Positions 1 through 9,492 are shown, counted from the stretch's first letter. The stretch: 64,000 nt of DNA from Candidatus Binatia bacterium (GCA_963666315.2 CAXXHG010000043.1:640001-704000); one strand, 5' to 3'. Translations and numbers: made by a program. The notes: generated by a model not told the origin, from the sequence alone.

Positions 1-241
1 CCAGGATCGCTTTCCCGCTGGACTTCACTTGCACGGAGAAGGTGTAATCGGAGGAGAGTTCAGCGAACGCACGGTATCGTTTCTCAGATTCTTGCAGCGC
101 GGCGTTCGCCCTGAGCAGCTCTTCCGTCCGTTCCTGGTTCAGGGCCTCTATCTCTTCGCGTAATGCCTCTGGGAGCTGCTGGAGTCTGGATTCTGCAGCT
201 TGGGGTCGCGGGGCAATCGTAGGGCTGAGAAAGTTCTTCAT
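1..241 (-). CDS. PAS-domain sensor protein (probable histidine kinase), 5' part; runs off the window edge
   Basis: Manual translation MKNFLSP...ELLRANAALQESEKRYRAFAELSSDYTF: coiled coil followed by a PAS S-box start; purine-rich RBS-like stretch upstream. Confidence 0.7.
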   Translation of the reverse strand, partial: MKNFLSPTIAPRPQAAESRLQQLPEALREEIEALNQERTEELLRANAALQESEKRYRAFAELSSDYTFSVQVKSSGKAIL

Positions 242-348
242 GGACCCTTTCTATGTTCGCTGGTGAGTCAATTTGCTTGAGATAAACATCTGGCGAGGTG
301 AGCAGGGTGCCAAATCTGACGTGGATTCGCTGGGATACGACGGCCCCT

Positions 349-924
349 CTAGTGCGACCTACCTGCCCTTCCTTCTGTCTCTGTTACTCTCTGTAGCTCC
401 CGGCCTGCGGCTTTCTCATATTGGAACCGAGCGGCATGATGGCGCAGCCCGGCCGCTAGGCGGGAGAATGTGTGGCTGCCCTGTGCCCATGGTTTGCCCC
501 TGAGGTCAGGTTCCTCCCCGCCTGGGCTACAATGCCAGGGTGCTGGGTGCTCTGGGCACTTCACTAGCAACGTACTGACAGTTTCGAGCAACTCCTCGGA
601 TGTAAACGGCTTAGCGAGGGCCTCATGCGCCCCCAAATGCTTTGCAGCTGCTAAGACGTTTGAGAAGCTGCGACTGCCACCGCCGGAAATGGCCAAGACC
701 TTGACCTGGGGGAAGTGCTTGCGCATCGTTACAATTGTTTCGATCCCCTCTTTGCCTGGCATAAAGATGTCAGTGATGAGGAGCTGGACAGGGGTGGTGC
801 CCACCAGCTTGATCCCTGCGTCGCCATCGGCGGCTTCAAGCACGGCAAAGCCTTCGGTCTCCAAGATCTGACGCAGCAGGGCACGCACCGGAGCTTCATC
901 GTCAATGACCAGCACGTGTGTCAT
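349..924 (-). CDS. Response regulator (receiver domain)
   Basis: VLVIDDE, LLITDIFMP (phospho-Asp), ISGGG, LAKPF; C-terminal tail after the receiver is unstructured-looking. Confidence 0.9.
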   Translation of the reverse strand: MTHVLVIDDEAPVRALLRQILETEGFAVLEAADGDAGIKLVGTTPVQLLITDIFMPGKEGIETIVTMRKHFPQVKVLAISGGGSRSFSNVLAAAKHLGAHEALAKPFTSEELLETVSTLLVKCPEHPAPWHCSPGGEEPDLRGKPWAQGSHTFSRLAAGLRHHAARFQYEKAAGRELQRVTETEGRAGRSH

Positions 925-1168
925 GTGTCTCACTCTTGTGTTTGGTCATGTTTCCCGGTTTCTTGGTGCACGGGGCGTCCGCCTATAAGAAAACCATAGT
1001 GAGGCGGGGTGTTCAGGGCCACAGGCGCGGCGTTCGGAATGTTTTCAGTATGCGTTATATTTTGGGCTAGGGAGAATATAGTTTGAACGTCCTCTCCGGC
1101 GGTGTCTGTCCGTACCGGTCGCAATCAGCACTACGCTGATCCTTAAGGAGGAGCGGTAGTTGGATATA

Positions 1169-1195
1169 TAATCGACACTCTCAAGGTGAAATTAA
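1169..1195 (-). promoter_or_regulatory. Possible sigma28 (FliA) promoter
   Basis: Minus strand TTAA-N15-GTCGATTA versus consensus TAAA-N15-GCCGATAA. Confidence 0.3.
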
Positions 1196-1231
1196 AAGAA
1201 AAATTTCTTCTCCTTTTATGAGACACCTTAC

Positions 1232-1858
1232 TTAACACTTTTTCTCAAAGGCTCGGTACAGGCCGATAACGGTCCCTAGAATGCGTGGTGACGGTGCAGG
1301 CTGTGTTGACGGAATTGGGGCATAGGCGGGATTCGCTGCTTCTAGGAGCAGGACCTTGCCTTTTTTTCGCAGCCGCTTAACGGTCACTTCCTCTCCCAAA
1401 AGAGCGACTACAATTGCTCCAGGGTCGGCGGCCTCTTTTTGACGCACGATGACATAATCGCCTTCCTGAATGCCGGCTTCAATCATGCTGTCGCCCTGGA
1501 CGCGCAGGGCAAAATGGGTACCCGCGCCTAAGAACTCTGAGCTGAGATTAAGCATCCCTTCTTGGCTCTCTATTGCCAGGAGCGGCTGGCCGGCCGCCAC
1601 ACGGCCAATAATCGGAATGTTTCCCTCTGGCTGCGCCATACGTTGCAAAATCTCAATGGCGCGTCGGCGTCCCGGCGAGCGACGAATATAGCCCTTGCGT
1701 TCTAAGGCAGTCAGGTGGTCTTTGACGCCTTGGAGCGACGAAATGTTCATGGCTAGGGCCATTTCTTGCAGCGTCGGCACGTAGCCCTTCTTCTCAATCG
1801 AGGCTTCGATGATGCGCAAAAGGCGCTCTTGGCGTGCGGTGAGCGGTAGGATTGACAT
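1232..1858 (-). CDS. lexA: LexA repressor
   Basis: N-terminal wHTH (LTARQ...PTLQEM...HLTALERKGYI), cleavage site GRVAAG, catalytic GDSM and VTVKR. Confidence 0.95.
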   Translation of the reverse strand: MSILPLTARQERLLRIIEASIEKKGYVPTLQEMALAMNISSLQGVKDHLTALERKGYIRRSPGRRRAIEILQRMAQPEGNIPIIGRVAAGQPLLAIESQEGMLNLSSEFLGAGTHFALRVQGDSMIEAGIQEGDYVIVRQKEAADPGAIVVALLGEEVTVKRLRKKGKVLLLEAANPAYAPIPSTQPAPSPRILGTVIGLYRAFEKKC

Positions 1859-1868
1859 TTTGCTCAAA

Positions 1869-1888
1869 TACTGTAATTAAATACAGTA
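1869..1888. promoter_or_regulatory. SOS box (CTGT-N8-ACAG)
   Basis: TACTGT-AATTAAAT-ACAGTA directly upstream of lexA. Confidence 0.75.
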
Positions 1889-2063
1889 TATCAGAAAGGT
1901 CTTCAGACAATGGGTTCGCACTGGGTTCGATTGTTCTTTCTTCTAGCGTCTTCTCGGTCTTCTCGCCACCTGCTTCGTTCAAATAGGTGGCAACAAGAAG
2001 CGGCCTATGGGAGCAGACGACCCTACTGCAATACCATTTCCTACACAAAGAGGAGGAAGATAT

Positions 2064-2366
2064 ATGGCTCATCCTTTTACCGGTGGATGTGCGTGTGGTG
2101 CGATTCGGTATGAGGCGTCAATAGGGCCGCCTATGGCTGGAACGTCCCACTGTGGTGATTGCCAACGGGCAAGCGGTGGGAGTGGCGCACCTCCGCTTTT
2201 TGGGAAGCCAAGCATGATGCCTGATGTCGTGGGGATTCGTGCCGGGAGCCTTGATAATCCAAGTTTGTTTCAGCCCAGCATGGATATCTATACATGGAGT
2301 GCTCAGTCCTGGGACTATATGAATCCCGATTTGCCGAAATTCCCGAAGGCACCAGAGCAACCGTAA
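2064..2366 (+). pseudogene. GFA/CENP-V family protein with internal deletion
   Basis: GGCACGAIRY and HCGDCQR present, central FCxxCG segment absent; C-terminal GIRAGSLD...IYTWSAQSW retained. Confidence 0.7.
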
Positions 2367-2469
2367 GACTGGCAGGCGAGCTGAGGTTTTCTTTCAGGAA
2401 CAGGGTGGCGTCTAATGCTCACCTGGCAACAGTTTGCTGCCGCACAGCCGAAACTGGACAGCGACTTCT

Positions 2470-2880
2470 CTATTCGGCTCGTCCTTTTTTGATAATGAGG
2501 TCGAATTCTTTTTTCATGACCGGCATAACAGATAAGCGGCTTTGTTTGATAAGGACCATGTCTTGTAGTTTTTTGTCTTGTTTCATCTTGCTGAGTGTAA
2601 TCGGTGCAGTCAGGGTTTCCACCGGCTCAATATCGACAACGCTCCAGCGCTCATCAGCGGTGGTTGGATCCTGATACGCCTCCTTAGTGACACGGGCGAC
2701 ACCGACTACAGCCAGCCCCTCATTGCTGTGATAATACAGCACCAGATCGCCGACCTGCATAGCACGCAGATTATTCCGGGCTTGGTAGTTCCGCACCCCG
2801 TCCCAATACGTCCGGCCGTCTTTTTTCAGATCATCCCACGAATATTTGTGCGGTTCTGATTTCACCAGCCAGTACTTCAC
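2470..2880 (-). CDS. EVE domain protein
   Basis: YWLVKSEP, WDGVRNYQARNNLRAM, YYHS, SRLSV motifs. Confidence 0.95.
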   Translation of the reverse strand: MKYWLVKSEPHKYSWDDLKKDGRTYWDGVRNYQARNNLRAMQVGDLVLYYHSNEGLAVVGVARVTKEAYQDPTTADERWSVVDIEPVETLTAPITLSKMKQDKKLQDMVLIKQSRLSVMPVMKKEFDLIIKKGRAE

Positions 2881-4073
2881 GCCTGCTCCTCTCGTAGGCC
2901 AGCCTGAATCATCAGCGGCAAAATCTGTTCTTCAAACTGAGCCAGGCCCGCGTCGTAATCAACCCAACACAGGGTGAGCCCATCCATGCCGACATCCGAC
3001 ATGGCCTGCATACCTTCGACAACTTGCTGGGGCGTTCCTACAAGCGGCAATGCGCCGTAGCCGGCAATCATATTCGTAGCGAGGGCACGCGATTCTTCAG
3101 GAGACATGCTCTCGGAGTTTGGTATAAAGGTGTTGAGCAGATTCCGTACACCGGTCCAATCGCCCTTTTCATGAACGTAATAGCGCTCATAGGCTTTGGC
3201 CTCCTGCTCGGTATCGCGACACACCACATAGCCCATGCCGAAGACATGTATCTCGCGACCAAATTCTTGCCGAGCCAGGTCTTTGATTTCCGCTATCGAT
3301 GCGCGTGCGGTTTCAAGTGAGGAGACGACAACAAAATTAAAATCCGCATGTTCGGCGGCAAAGCGACGACCGGCAGGACTGAGACCCGCGCTCATGATCA
3401 GTGGATAGGGTGACTGAATCGGCTTGGGTTCTGAGTAGGCGTTCGGCACGCTGAAATATTTCCCCTTAAAGTCGAAGCTGTCTTCTTCGGTCCACAAGCG
3501 CTTCATAATCGTGATCCACTCGCCTGCCATCGCGTAGCGATCATCATGCAGCTTTTGGGGTGCGCCGAACATGGCGATTTCCGTTTCGTTCCAGCCTGCA
3601 ACGATATTGAGCACAAAGCGTCCACCCGAAATATGATCTATGGTCGCGCCTTGCTTAGCGGCTAAGACGAGGTGGACGGTCGGGACATGCGAGGTGGAAA
3701 AGATCGAGATCTTCTCGGTGGCCGCTGCGAGACCGGCTGCCCAAGTGTAGGTCTCAAACGAGCGGTGGTTAAAGTCGACGTCTCCACCGAAGCCCCGCCA
3801 GCGGGCAACCGGTACCATGCCTTCGATACCCATTTTTTCAGCTGCCTGCGCTATGCGTTTACTTTCCGCCCATTCGACTTGGATGGTGCCCTCAGCCGAG
3901 GTCATAGTGCAGCCGCTGCTGACGTTGACCCCGAAGACGGCTAGCTTCAGCTTATTATTGTTGCTCAAAAGTGAAGACTGGGTGCCGTCGATTCGAGAAC
4001 TACTCTGTCGAGAACCGCTTTGCCGAGAACTATTTTGCCGAGAATTTGCTTGCGCCGAGCTCATCTTCCTCAC
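2877..4073 (-). CDS. LLM class flavin-dependent monooxygenase
   Basis: PVARWRGFGG, ATIDHISGGRFVLNIVAGW, PKPIQ...AGLSPAG...FAAEHAD. Confidence 0.92.
   Translation of the reverse strand: MRKMSSAQANSRQNSSRQSGSRQSSSRIDGTQSSLLSNNNKLKLAVFGVNVSSGCTMTSAEGTIQVEWAESKRIAQAAEKMGIEGMVPVARWRGFGGDVDFNHRSFETYTWAAGLAAATEKISIFSTSHVPTVHLVLAAKQGATIDHISGGRFVLNIVAGWNETEIAMFGAPQKLHDDRYAMAGEWITIMKRLWTEEDSFDFKGKYFSVPNAYSEPKPIQSPYPLIMSAGLSPAGRRFAAEHADFNFVVVSSLETARASIAEIKDLARQEFGREIHVFGMGYVVCRDTEQEAKAYERYYVHEKGDWTGVRNLLNTFIPNSESMSPEESRALATNMIAGYGALPLVGTPQQVVEGMQAMSDVGMDGLTLCWVDYDAGLAQFEEQILPLMIQAGLREEQA
3993..4048. repeat. Imperfect 15-bp tandem repeat (about 4 copies) encoding SSRQx
   Basis: tcgagaactactctg tcgagaaccgctttg ccgagaactattttg ccgagaatttg. 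Confidence 0.8.
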
Positions 4074-4133
4074 ACAAGCGCATACACAAACACAATCCCG
4101 GCAGTCCGGCTAGATAGCCAGGCTCGAATCGCC

Positions 4134-4160
4134 GTCATTCCCGCGCAGGCGAGAAGCCAG
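4134..4160 (+). repeat. GTCATTCCCGCG...CCAG REP-like palindrome, degenerate
   Basis: gtcattcccgcgcaggcgagaagccag; same family as the pair at 59039-59104. Confidence 0.6.
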
Positions 4161-4212
4161 ACAAGTAGGGCTCCGTTCCGAGGCCCGGCTTCCGTCCGTT
4201 TCGACAGAGTTT

Positions 4213-4239
4213 CAAAATGCGCAAAATGCGCAAAATGCG
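4213..4239. repeat. 9-bp tandem repeat x3
   Basis: caaaatgcg x3, intergenic. Confidence 0.85.
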
Positions 4240-4323
4240 AAGGGTGTGTAAGGATGCGAAGAAGGAAGGGTAGGAGGGTTACACCGAGGCGCGACCCATC
4301 GCGCCTCGGCTTCTTTAGCGGGC

Positions 4324-5169
4324 CTATGCCGCCTCGCGGAGCGGGAGGACAATATCGGGCTCTTCTGCAGGGATACCCGTCTGGATCGCTTTGCGCAGAC
4401 GCTCGATCGCACGGGTACGGATCTGGCAAATTCGTCCCTCTGTGAGCTGCCATAATTCGCCGACCTCGCGCAGCGTCAGACCTTCATAATACGACAGGGT
4501 AACCACTAAGCGTTCTTGGTCTGGTAGTTTTTCTATTGTCGCCGCCAATTTTTCAATCAGATCTTTATTCTCAAAAGTGGTTTGCGGATCCTGGAAGAGG
4601 CTCAGCATGCTTTGCCCCTGGGTTGGGGTTGCAATGCCTTCATCCGAAGCAAGGGAGAGGTCTTCCAGGTTTAACAGGGTGGCTTCATTCACGCTCTGAT
4701 TGACTTGGTAATATTCTTTGAGCGATACGCCGTGTTCAGATGCAATCTCCTGCGGATCGGCATCGCGACCGAGACGAGCAGCCAGATTGACCTTGGCGGA
4801 GCTCATTTTTCTTCCCCACGAGCGAACCGAACGGCTGGTCCAGTCGAGAGACCGGAGATATTCCATGATCTCGCCATAGATCCGGTGCCGTGCGTAGTCC
4901 TGGAAGACAACGCCACGCCCTTCGTCATAACGTTGCGCCGCTTCGAGCAACCCTACGACGCCTGATTGAGTCAACGAATCCAGCTCGATGCGATGACGTG
5001 GCAGCCGACGGTGCACTCGGTCGGCCATTTGCCGCACGAGTGGCAAATAGGTGTCTATCAGTTTTTCTCGCGCCTTAGCCGTGAGCCGCTTCTTGGTTGG
5101 TTTGGCTTTTTTGCGAGATTGAGCTTGCCGTGGGGACGTTGCGCCGGCGGCAGATGAAGTAGTGGACAT
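4324..5169 (-). CDS. fliA: FliA/WhiG family sigma factor (sigma28)
   Basis: YLPLV, SGVVGLLEAAQRYD, RIYGEIMEYLRSLDW, LSYYEGLTLREVG...TEGRICQ; ATG 5169 has GGGAG RBS. Confidence 0.92.
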   Translation of the reverse strand: MSTTSSAAGATSPRQAQSRKKAKPTKKRLTAKAREKLIDTYLPLVRQMADRVHRRLPRHRIELDSLTQSGVVGLLEAAQRYDEGRGVVFQDYARHRIYGEIMEYLRSLDWTSRSVRSWGRKMSSAKVNLAARLGRDADPQEIASEHGVSLKEYYQVNQSVNEATLLNLEDLSLASDEGIATPTQGQSMLSLFQDPQTTFENKDLIEKLAATIEKLPDQERLVVTLSYYEGLTLREVGELWQLTEGRICQIRTRAIERLRKAIQTGIPAEEPDIVLPLREAA

Positions 5170-5245
5170 GAGGCTCCCCCTATGAGTGGTGTCAGTGTAG
5201 CCATGCGAGACGCACGCTTTCCGGAACTGGAAAAGGGGCGAGGAT

Positions 5246-5340
5246 CGCCTGCCAGCCCTGCGCCCGTATCCCTTTGTATCAGGACGTAGGCCAGTAGCTT
5301 TGCGTCCCACCCTTTCGAGTGGTTTGCCATTATCAAGCGC
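5246..5340 (-). ncRNA. c-di-GMP-I (GEMM-I)-type riboswitch, C92G variant
   Basis: Minus strand CGCUUGAUAAUGGCAAACCACUCGAAAGGGUGGGACGCAAAGCUACUGGCCUAC...UACGGGCGCAGGGCUGGCAGGCG: GAAA tetraloop, receptor, and P1 CGCUUG/CAGGCG. Confidence 0.88.
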
Positions 5341-5351
5341 GAGGAAAGAGA

Positions 5352-5367
5352 AGCAAATGGCATGCCG
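5352..5367 (-). promoter_or_regulatory. sigma54 promoter for riboswitch-fliA
   Basis: CGGCATGCCATTTGCT (GG-N10-GC); predicted TSS near 5341, at the riboswitch 5' end; tgtcac...gtgaca inverted repeat at 5441-5466 may be an activator site. Confidence 0.75.
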
Positions 5368-5545
5368 AATTCAGCGAACCAAGAAAAGTAGGAATTTCAA
5401 CGGGTTAGAAATTGTTCCAAAAATGAAATCGGCAATTTTTTGTCACTATCTGTCGTAATTGTGACACTTAATGTCAATCAGCATGTATTTCTAATTGCCT
5501 TTCCCGGATAGGATCTCTATAAAATGGCCTAAGGAGGGGAGAAAT

Positions 5546-7300
5546 ATGCCACGAGAGAGTCGCGCAGAATACGGAATAAAGTCTGAAAAAAACGTCCCAG
5601 CTATTATGCGGGATGGGACGACGTTATATGCTGACGTTTATCGACCTGATTCCGCAGGGCGGTTCCCCGTTATTTTGCTTCGCCTCCCGTATGGCAAACA
5701 ACTGGCGGAGGTCTTTGGCGACCATGAGTATTTCCCTGCTCGTGGCTATGTTGTCGTCGTCCAGGATGGCCGAGGCCGGTTTGCATCCGAGGGCGAATAT
5801 TATCCGCTTATCGACGAAGCACAAGACGGATATGACACAGTCGAGTGGGCGGCCTCGTTACCGTACGCAAACGGCATGGTCGGCACGCAGGGCCAGTCAT
5901 ATCTTGGGGCAACGCAGTATCAACTTGCGCCTACTCGGCCACCGCATCTCCGGTGTGCCTTTCCCGTGTCCGCTGGGGCAGATTACCACCAAGGTTGGGT
6001 ATACCACACCGGCGGCGCCTTCTCTCTGGGCTGGCAAATACCGTATGCCATATTCCTCGCCCGCAATACGATTGATCGCAAAGGAATAAAGGACCAACTT
6101 TGGCCCAAAGTCAGGCCGGATCTTTTGCGTTCGATTAATTTCGCTAATCCGCTCTGCCCAGAAGCGTATCAACGCCTGCCGCTCATGTATTGGGCCGATC
6201 TTCTTGGAGAAGTCGCGCCGTATCTGCGCGATTATTTTACTCATCCCGACGAGGGGCCGTATTGGTGGCCGATTAATATTGAACGGCAGCACCACAACAT
6301 CAGTATTCCCATGTACCACGTTAGTTCGTGGTATGACATTTTCCTGCGCGATGCGCTGGTCCACTTCTGCGGTCTGCAGTCGCGGGCCATGACGCCGGAG
6401 GCACGAGGCGGGCAAAAACTGCTCCTTGGGCCGTGGGCGCATCTTTTCCCCTACACGGCCCCGATTTCCGGTGGGACCGGCGATATTGATTTTGGTCCGA
6501 ATGCCGCTATTGAGCTGCACGACACCCAGCTGCGTTGGTTTGACTATTGGCTCAAAGGGATAGACACGGGGATTGGTGAAGAGGCGCCTATTCGGCTGTT
6601 TGTGATGGGCACAAATCAATGGCGGGATGAATATGAATGGCCGCTGGCGCGCACTCGTTACATGCCGTACTACTTCCATAGTCAGGGCAACGCGAACAGC
6701 CTGAACGGCGATGGTGGGCTGAGTGCTGAACCGCCCCAAGATGAACCAAAGGATCATTATGGATACGATCCTGCTAATCCAGTTCCGACGTGTGGCGGCA
6801 ATACCCTAATTATTCCGGTCGGTGTAGCAGATCAGCGCGAGGTCGAAAGCCGCCGGGACGTTTTGGTGTATACGGGCGACCCTTTAGAAGCACCGCTTGA
6901 AGTGACCGGGCCGCTGAAGGTTGTCCTAAACGCCTCTTCTTCCGCAATCGACACCGACTTCACCGCTAAGCTGGTCGATGTCCGTCCGGATGGCTATGCC
7001 CAAAACATTGCTGATGGAATTTTGCGAGCTCGGTATCGTGAGTCATTGAGTAATCCTAGCCTCATGACACCAGGAGAGCCGTATGAGTTCAGAATAGATT
7101 TATGGGCGACCAGTCATGTTTTTCTACCCGGTCATCGGTTGCGGGTAGAGGTTGCATCGAGTAACTTCCCGCGTTTTGACCGCAACCTAAACACCGGCGG
7201 TGATCAAGCAACCGGGACGCAGTTTCAAACCGCGCAACAGACCGTCTTTCATAACAGCCGATTTCGGTCGCATATTTTGTTGCCGGTTATTCCGTCGTAG
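5546..7300 (+). CDS. CocE/NonD family hydrolase
   Basis: MRDGTTLYADVYRP, RLPYGK, GQSYLG nucleophile elbow, WYD, GPWAH, SSNFPRFDRN. Confidence 0.95.
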   Translation: MPRESRAEYGIKSEKNVPAIMRDGTTLYADVYRPDSAGRFPVILLRLPYGKQLAEVFGDHEYFPARGYVVVVQDGRGRFASEGEYYPLIDEAQDGYDTVEWAASLPYANGMVGTQGQSYLGATQYQLAPTRPPHLRCAFPVSAGADYHQGWVYHTGGAFSLGWQIPYAIFLARNTIDRKGIKDQLWPKVRPDLLRSINFANPLCPEAYQRLPLMYWADLLGEVAPYLRDYFTHPDEGPYWWPINIERQHHNISIPMYHVSSWYDIFLRDALVHFCGLQSRAMTPEARGGQKLLLGPWAHLFPYTAPISGGTGDIDFGPNAAIELHDTQLRWFDYWLKGIDTGIGEEAPIRLFVMGTNQWRDEYEWPLARTRYMPYYFHSQGNANSLNGDGGLSAEPPQDEPKDHYGYDPANPVPTCGGNTLIIPVGVADQREVESRRDVLVYTGDPLEAPLEVTGPLKVVLNASSSAIDTDFTAKLVDVRPDGYAQNIADGILRARYRESLSNPSLMTPGEPYEFRIDLWATSHVFLPGHRLRVEVASSNFPRFDRNLNTGGDQATGTQFQTAQQTVFHNSRFRSHILLPVIPS

Positions 7301-7450
7301 GAGCATGGTGCCTCTAATTAGCGCAGGCGGCTCATCGTCTAGGCCTCTCAAAGATAGGTACCGCCATTGAGGTCGGGACTGGAAGATTGCTTTTAACCCA
7401 TCCCCCAGCCAAGATGGCTCAGAATAGTTCTTTGGTAAGGAGGTTGGATT

Positions 7451-8035
7451 ATGGCTAATCCTGTCGACCCGTGTGAGGTCCGTCTCACTGGAGAAAACTC
7501 TTTTCTCCGGCTTCGCGCTGCTGAGGACGCCCCGGTGACGACCCAGACGAGCCACTGGCGGGTTTTGCTTTCTCCCGGTGGTCCTGGTCATGCCCTGTTC
7601 TTGCAAAGTGAGCTCACAGACAACCAGGTCAGCAACTACTCCGATAACATCGCGTTAGCCCGTTGTTTGCAAGTTGAGGTCGAACAAGGGCTTAATCCGG
7701 ACTTCGCTGACGAGGGCATCGCGGTGGCCGAGGCCAGTTTTTCCCGGCATGGTGATGTTCGGTCTTTCTCCGCGGAGAAGATTGTATCCCGAGATATGGA
7801 GATTACCCTCACTTGGTATGACTTGGGTGACCCGTTCTTTATCCACTTTGAGCCGGGTAGCCTCTCTCAAGGCCTGCCGCATGGGGTGTACAGCGTCTTA
7901 ACGCCGGCAAATAAGGCTCGACTGGTGGTGAACGGAAAAGACGCTCAGGGACAGCCCTTTGCCATGGACCTCGGGGGGCATGCAGGCAGCTCTTGCTCTC
8001 TGGCTTGGTCGGAAACGTGGGTGAGACCCCGGTGA
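7451..8035 (+). CDS. Hypothetical protein
   Basis: 194-aa ORF with AGGAGG RBS; no family recognised. Confidence 0.75.
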   Translation: MANPVDPCEVRLTGENSFLRLRAAEDAPVTTQTSHWRVLLSPGGPGHALFLQSELTDNQVSNYSDNIALARCLQVEVEQGLNPDFADEGIAVAEASFSRHGDVRSFSAEKIVSRDMEITLTWYDLGDPFFIHFEPGSLSQGLPHGVYSVLTPANKARLVVNGKDAQGQPFAMDLGGHAGSSCSLAWSETWVRPR

Positions 8036-8220
8036 GGTTCCTTAACGACCAAAATTGTTCCGTTCCTATCGGAGAGCCATCCAGCAATTTCGTGAATTGC
8101 TCAAAATGACTGTTCTGGGCAATTCCTGCAAAGGAACATAAGGGTGGCTACCGCGACCCAATACCCTACGACTACGCAGAAATGGCGGATACTGGAAGGT
8201 TGCTCCTCGTGATGGGATAT

Positions 8221-9222
8221 CTACTCACTCGGTGGGAGTGCCCGGATGGGCAATGCCAGTGGCCGGATCGGAGCCCCCGTGGCGCCACGGAGTTTGATCG
8301 GCGCGGCAATAAATGCAAATTCATATACGCCTTCTTTGGCGAGCTCCTCTAACCAGAGCGACTCGACTAGACACACCCCCCGCTCAGCGAGGAGGTAGGT
8401 GTGGACACTCGCTGTGGCATTGGGGAATTTTTCCACCCCCATGTTATCAGCACCAATGAGAATCGCCCCATTATCGACCAGCCAGGCAGCACTTTCGCGG
8501 GTGATACCCGGCTCGTTGGGGACAAAATTTTTCGGGTCGGGCCAAACTGTCATCCGCCCCGTGCGAATGAGAACAGCATCTCCTGGCTGTAAGGCGATGC
8601 TTTGTTTGGTAAGAGCCCACTGCAGGTCTGCGGACGATATCTCGTACGAGTCGGGTAACATCCCGAGCCTTTTTTCGCTGGCCACGTCAATTAAGATCCC
8701 ACGCGTAATGATCGGTGGAATGGTATCCGCACCAGCTTTCGTCCAGCCCTTGTCGCCCAGGTGCTGCGAGGTTGTATAGCCGTTGAAAATCTTGTCTCCA
8801 TAGCCGAAGTGGTTGAGGGCATCGATATGCGTGCCCATAATGGGGGGCGTCAGGAACGCATCATCATACAGCGCGGTCTCTCCTTGACTCTCAACCGGCA
8901 ACAGGCCTTCAGCTTTGAGCCCGCTGGGCGTATGCGGCATCCACATGTGAAATGGGGGGTCTCCCATGCCGACCAGTAGGTCGGGCAGACCAGGCATCCC
9001 AACAAAATCGGTGACGCTCAGGTCATACACCTTGCCCTGGTCTACGCGTTGCAACACAGCCAAACTGGTAGCGCCGGTCAGAGTATTGAGTACCCCGATT
9101 TCGTCGGTCGGCCCATAGGGGCTTTTTGCTACCTCCGCTGCCTGACTGGGAGATTGCACCAATAGGCACCCCGCGAAGCCAACGATGGAACAAACCATTC
9201 GGATAGAGCGGTCTTTTTTCAT
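8221..9222 (-). CDS. Cyclase family (kynurenine formamidase-like) protein with signal peptide
   Basis: GTHIDALNH, ITRGILIDV, GDAVLIRTG, GADN, G.P.RPLA. Confidence 0.9.
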   Translation of the reverse strand: MKKDRSIRMVCSIVGFAGCLLVQSPSQAAEVAKSPYGPTDEIGVLNTLTGATSLAVLQRVDQGKVYDLSVTDFVGMPGLPDLLVGMGDPPFHMWMPHTPSGLKAEGLLPVESQGETALYDDAFLTPPIMGTHIDALNHFGYGDKIFNGYTTSQHLGDKGWTKAGADTIPPIITRGILIDVASEKRLGMLPDSYEISSADLQWALTKQSIALQPGDAVLIRTGRMTVWPDPKNFVPNEPGITRESAAWLVDNGAILIGADNMGVEKFPNATASVHTYLLAERGVCLVESLWLEELAKEGVYEFAFIAAPIKLRGATGAPIRPLALPIRALPPSE

Positions 9223-9409
9223 ACGACTCCCCCCTCTTTTGCTGCTCCGCTATACCATCTCGGCTTTCCGCAAGAAATCCTCCGAGTTGAGCACTTGGCG
9301 TAAAGAGCCGTGTTGATTTTACTGTGGATTCTGGTCTGTAGCGATGGGTAGTTTTATACTGTTTTGAGCAATTAGGGACTATTTCCTCTCTTTATTTTCG
9401 AAGACGATT

Positions 9410-9492
9410 TTGAAGTGATTCAAAACCTCCTTGCCAGCTTGTTCATTAAAAAGTCAACGGAGGACCGGGCTGGTCTCTGCGTAGAGGGTCAT
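9410..9492 (-). pseudogene. VapC/PIN toxin N-terminal remnant
   Basis: ATGA overlap with antitoxin stop; MTLYAETSPVLR*LFNEQAGKEV then similarity ends. Confidence 0.6.

Noticed and set aside
298-313. sigma54 promoter upstream of the PAS gene
   Set aside because: TTGGCAC is present but the -12 GC is missing (AC).
4070-4453. ORF with HFAHFAHF repeat
   Set aside because: Translation of an intergenic 9-bp repeat and REP-like element; it overlaps fliA.
5170-5310. N-terminal extension of FliA; similar extensions for UreB, UrtA, the NtrC-like regulator, Rpe and S1
   Set aside because: They overlap the riboswitch, promoters or neighbouring genes; downstream starts fit RBS position or family length better.
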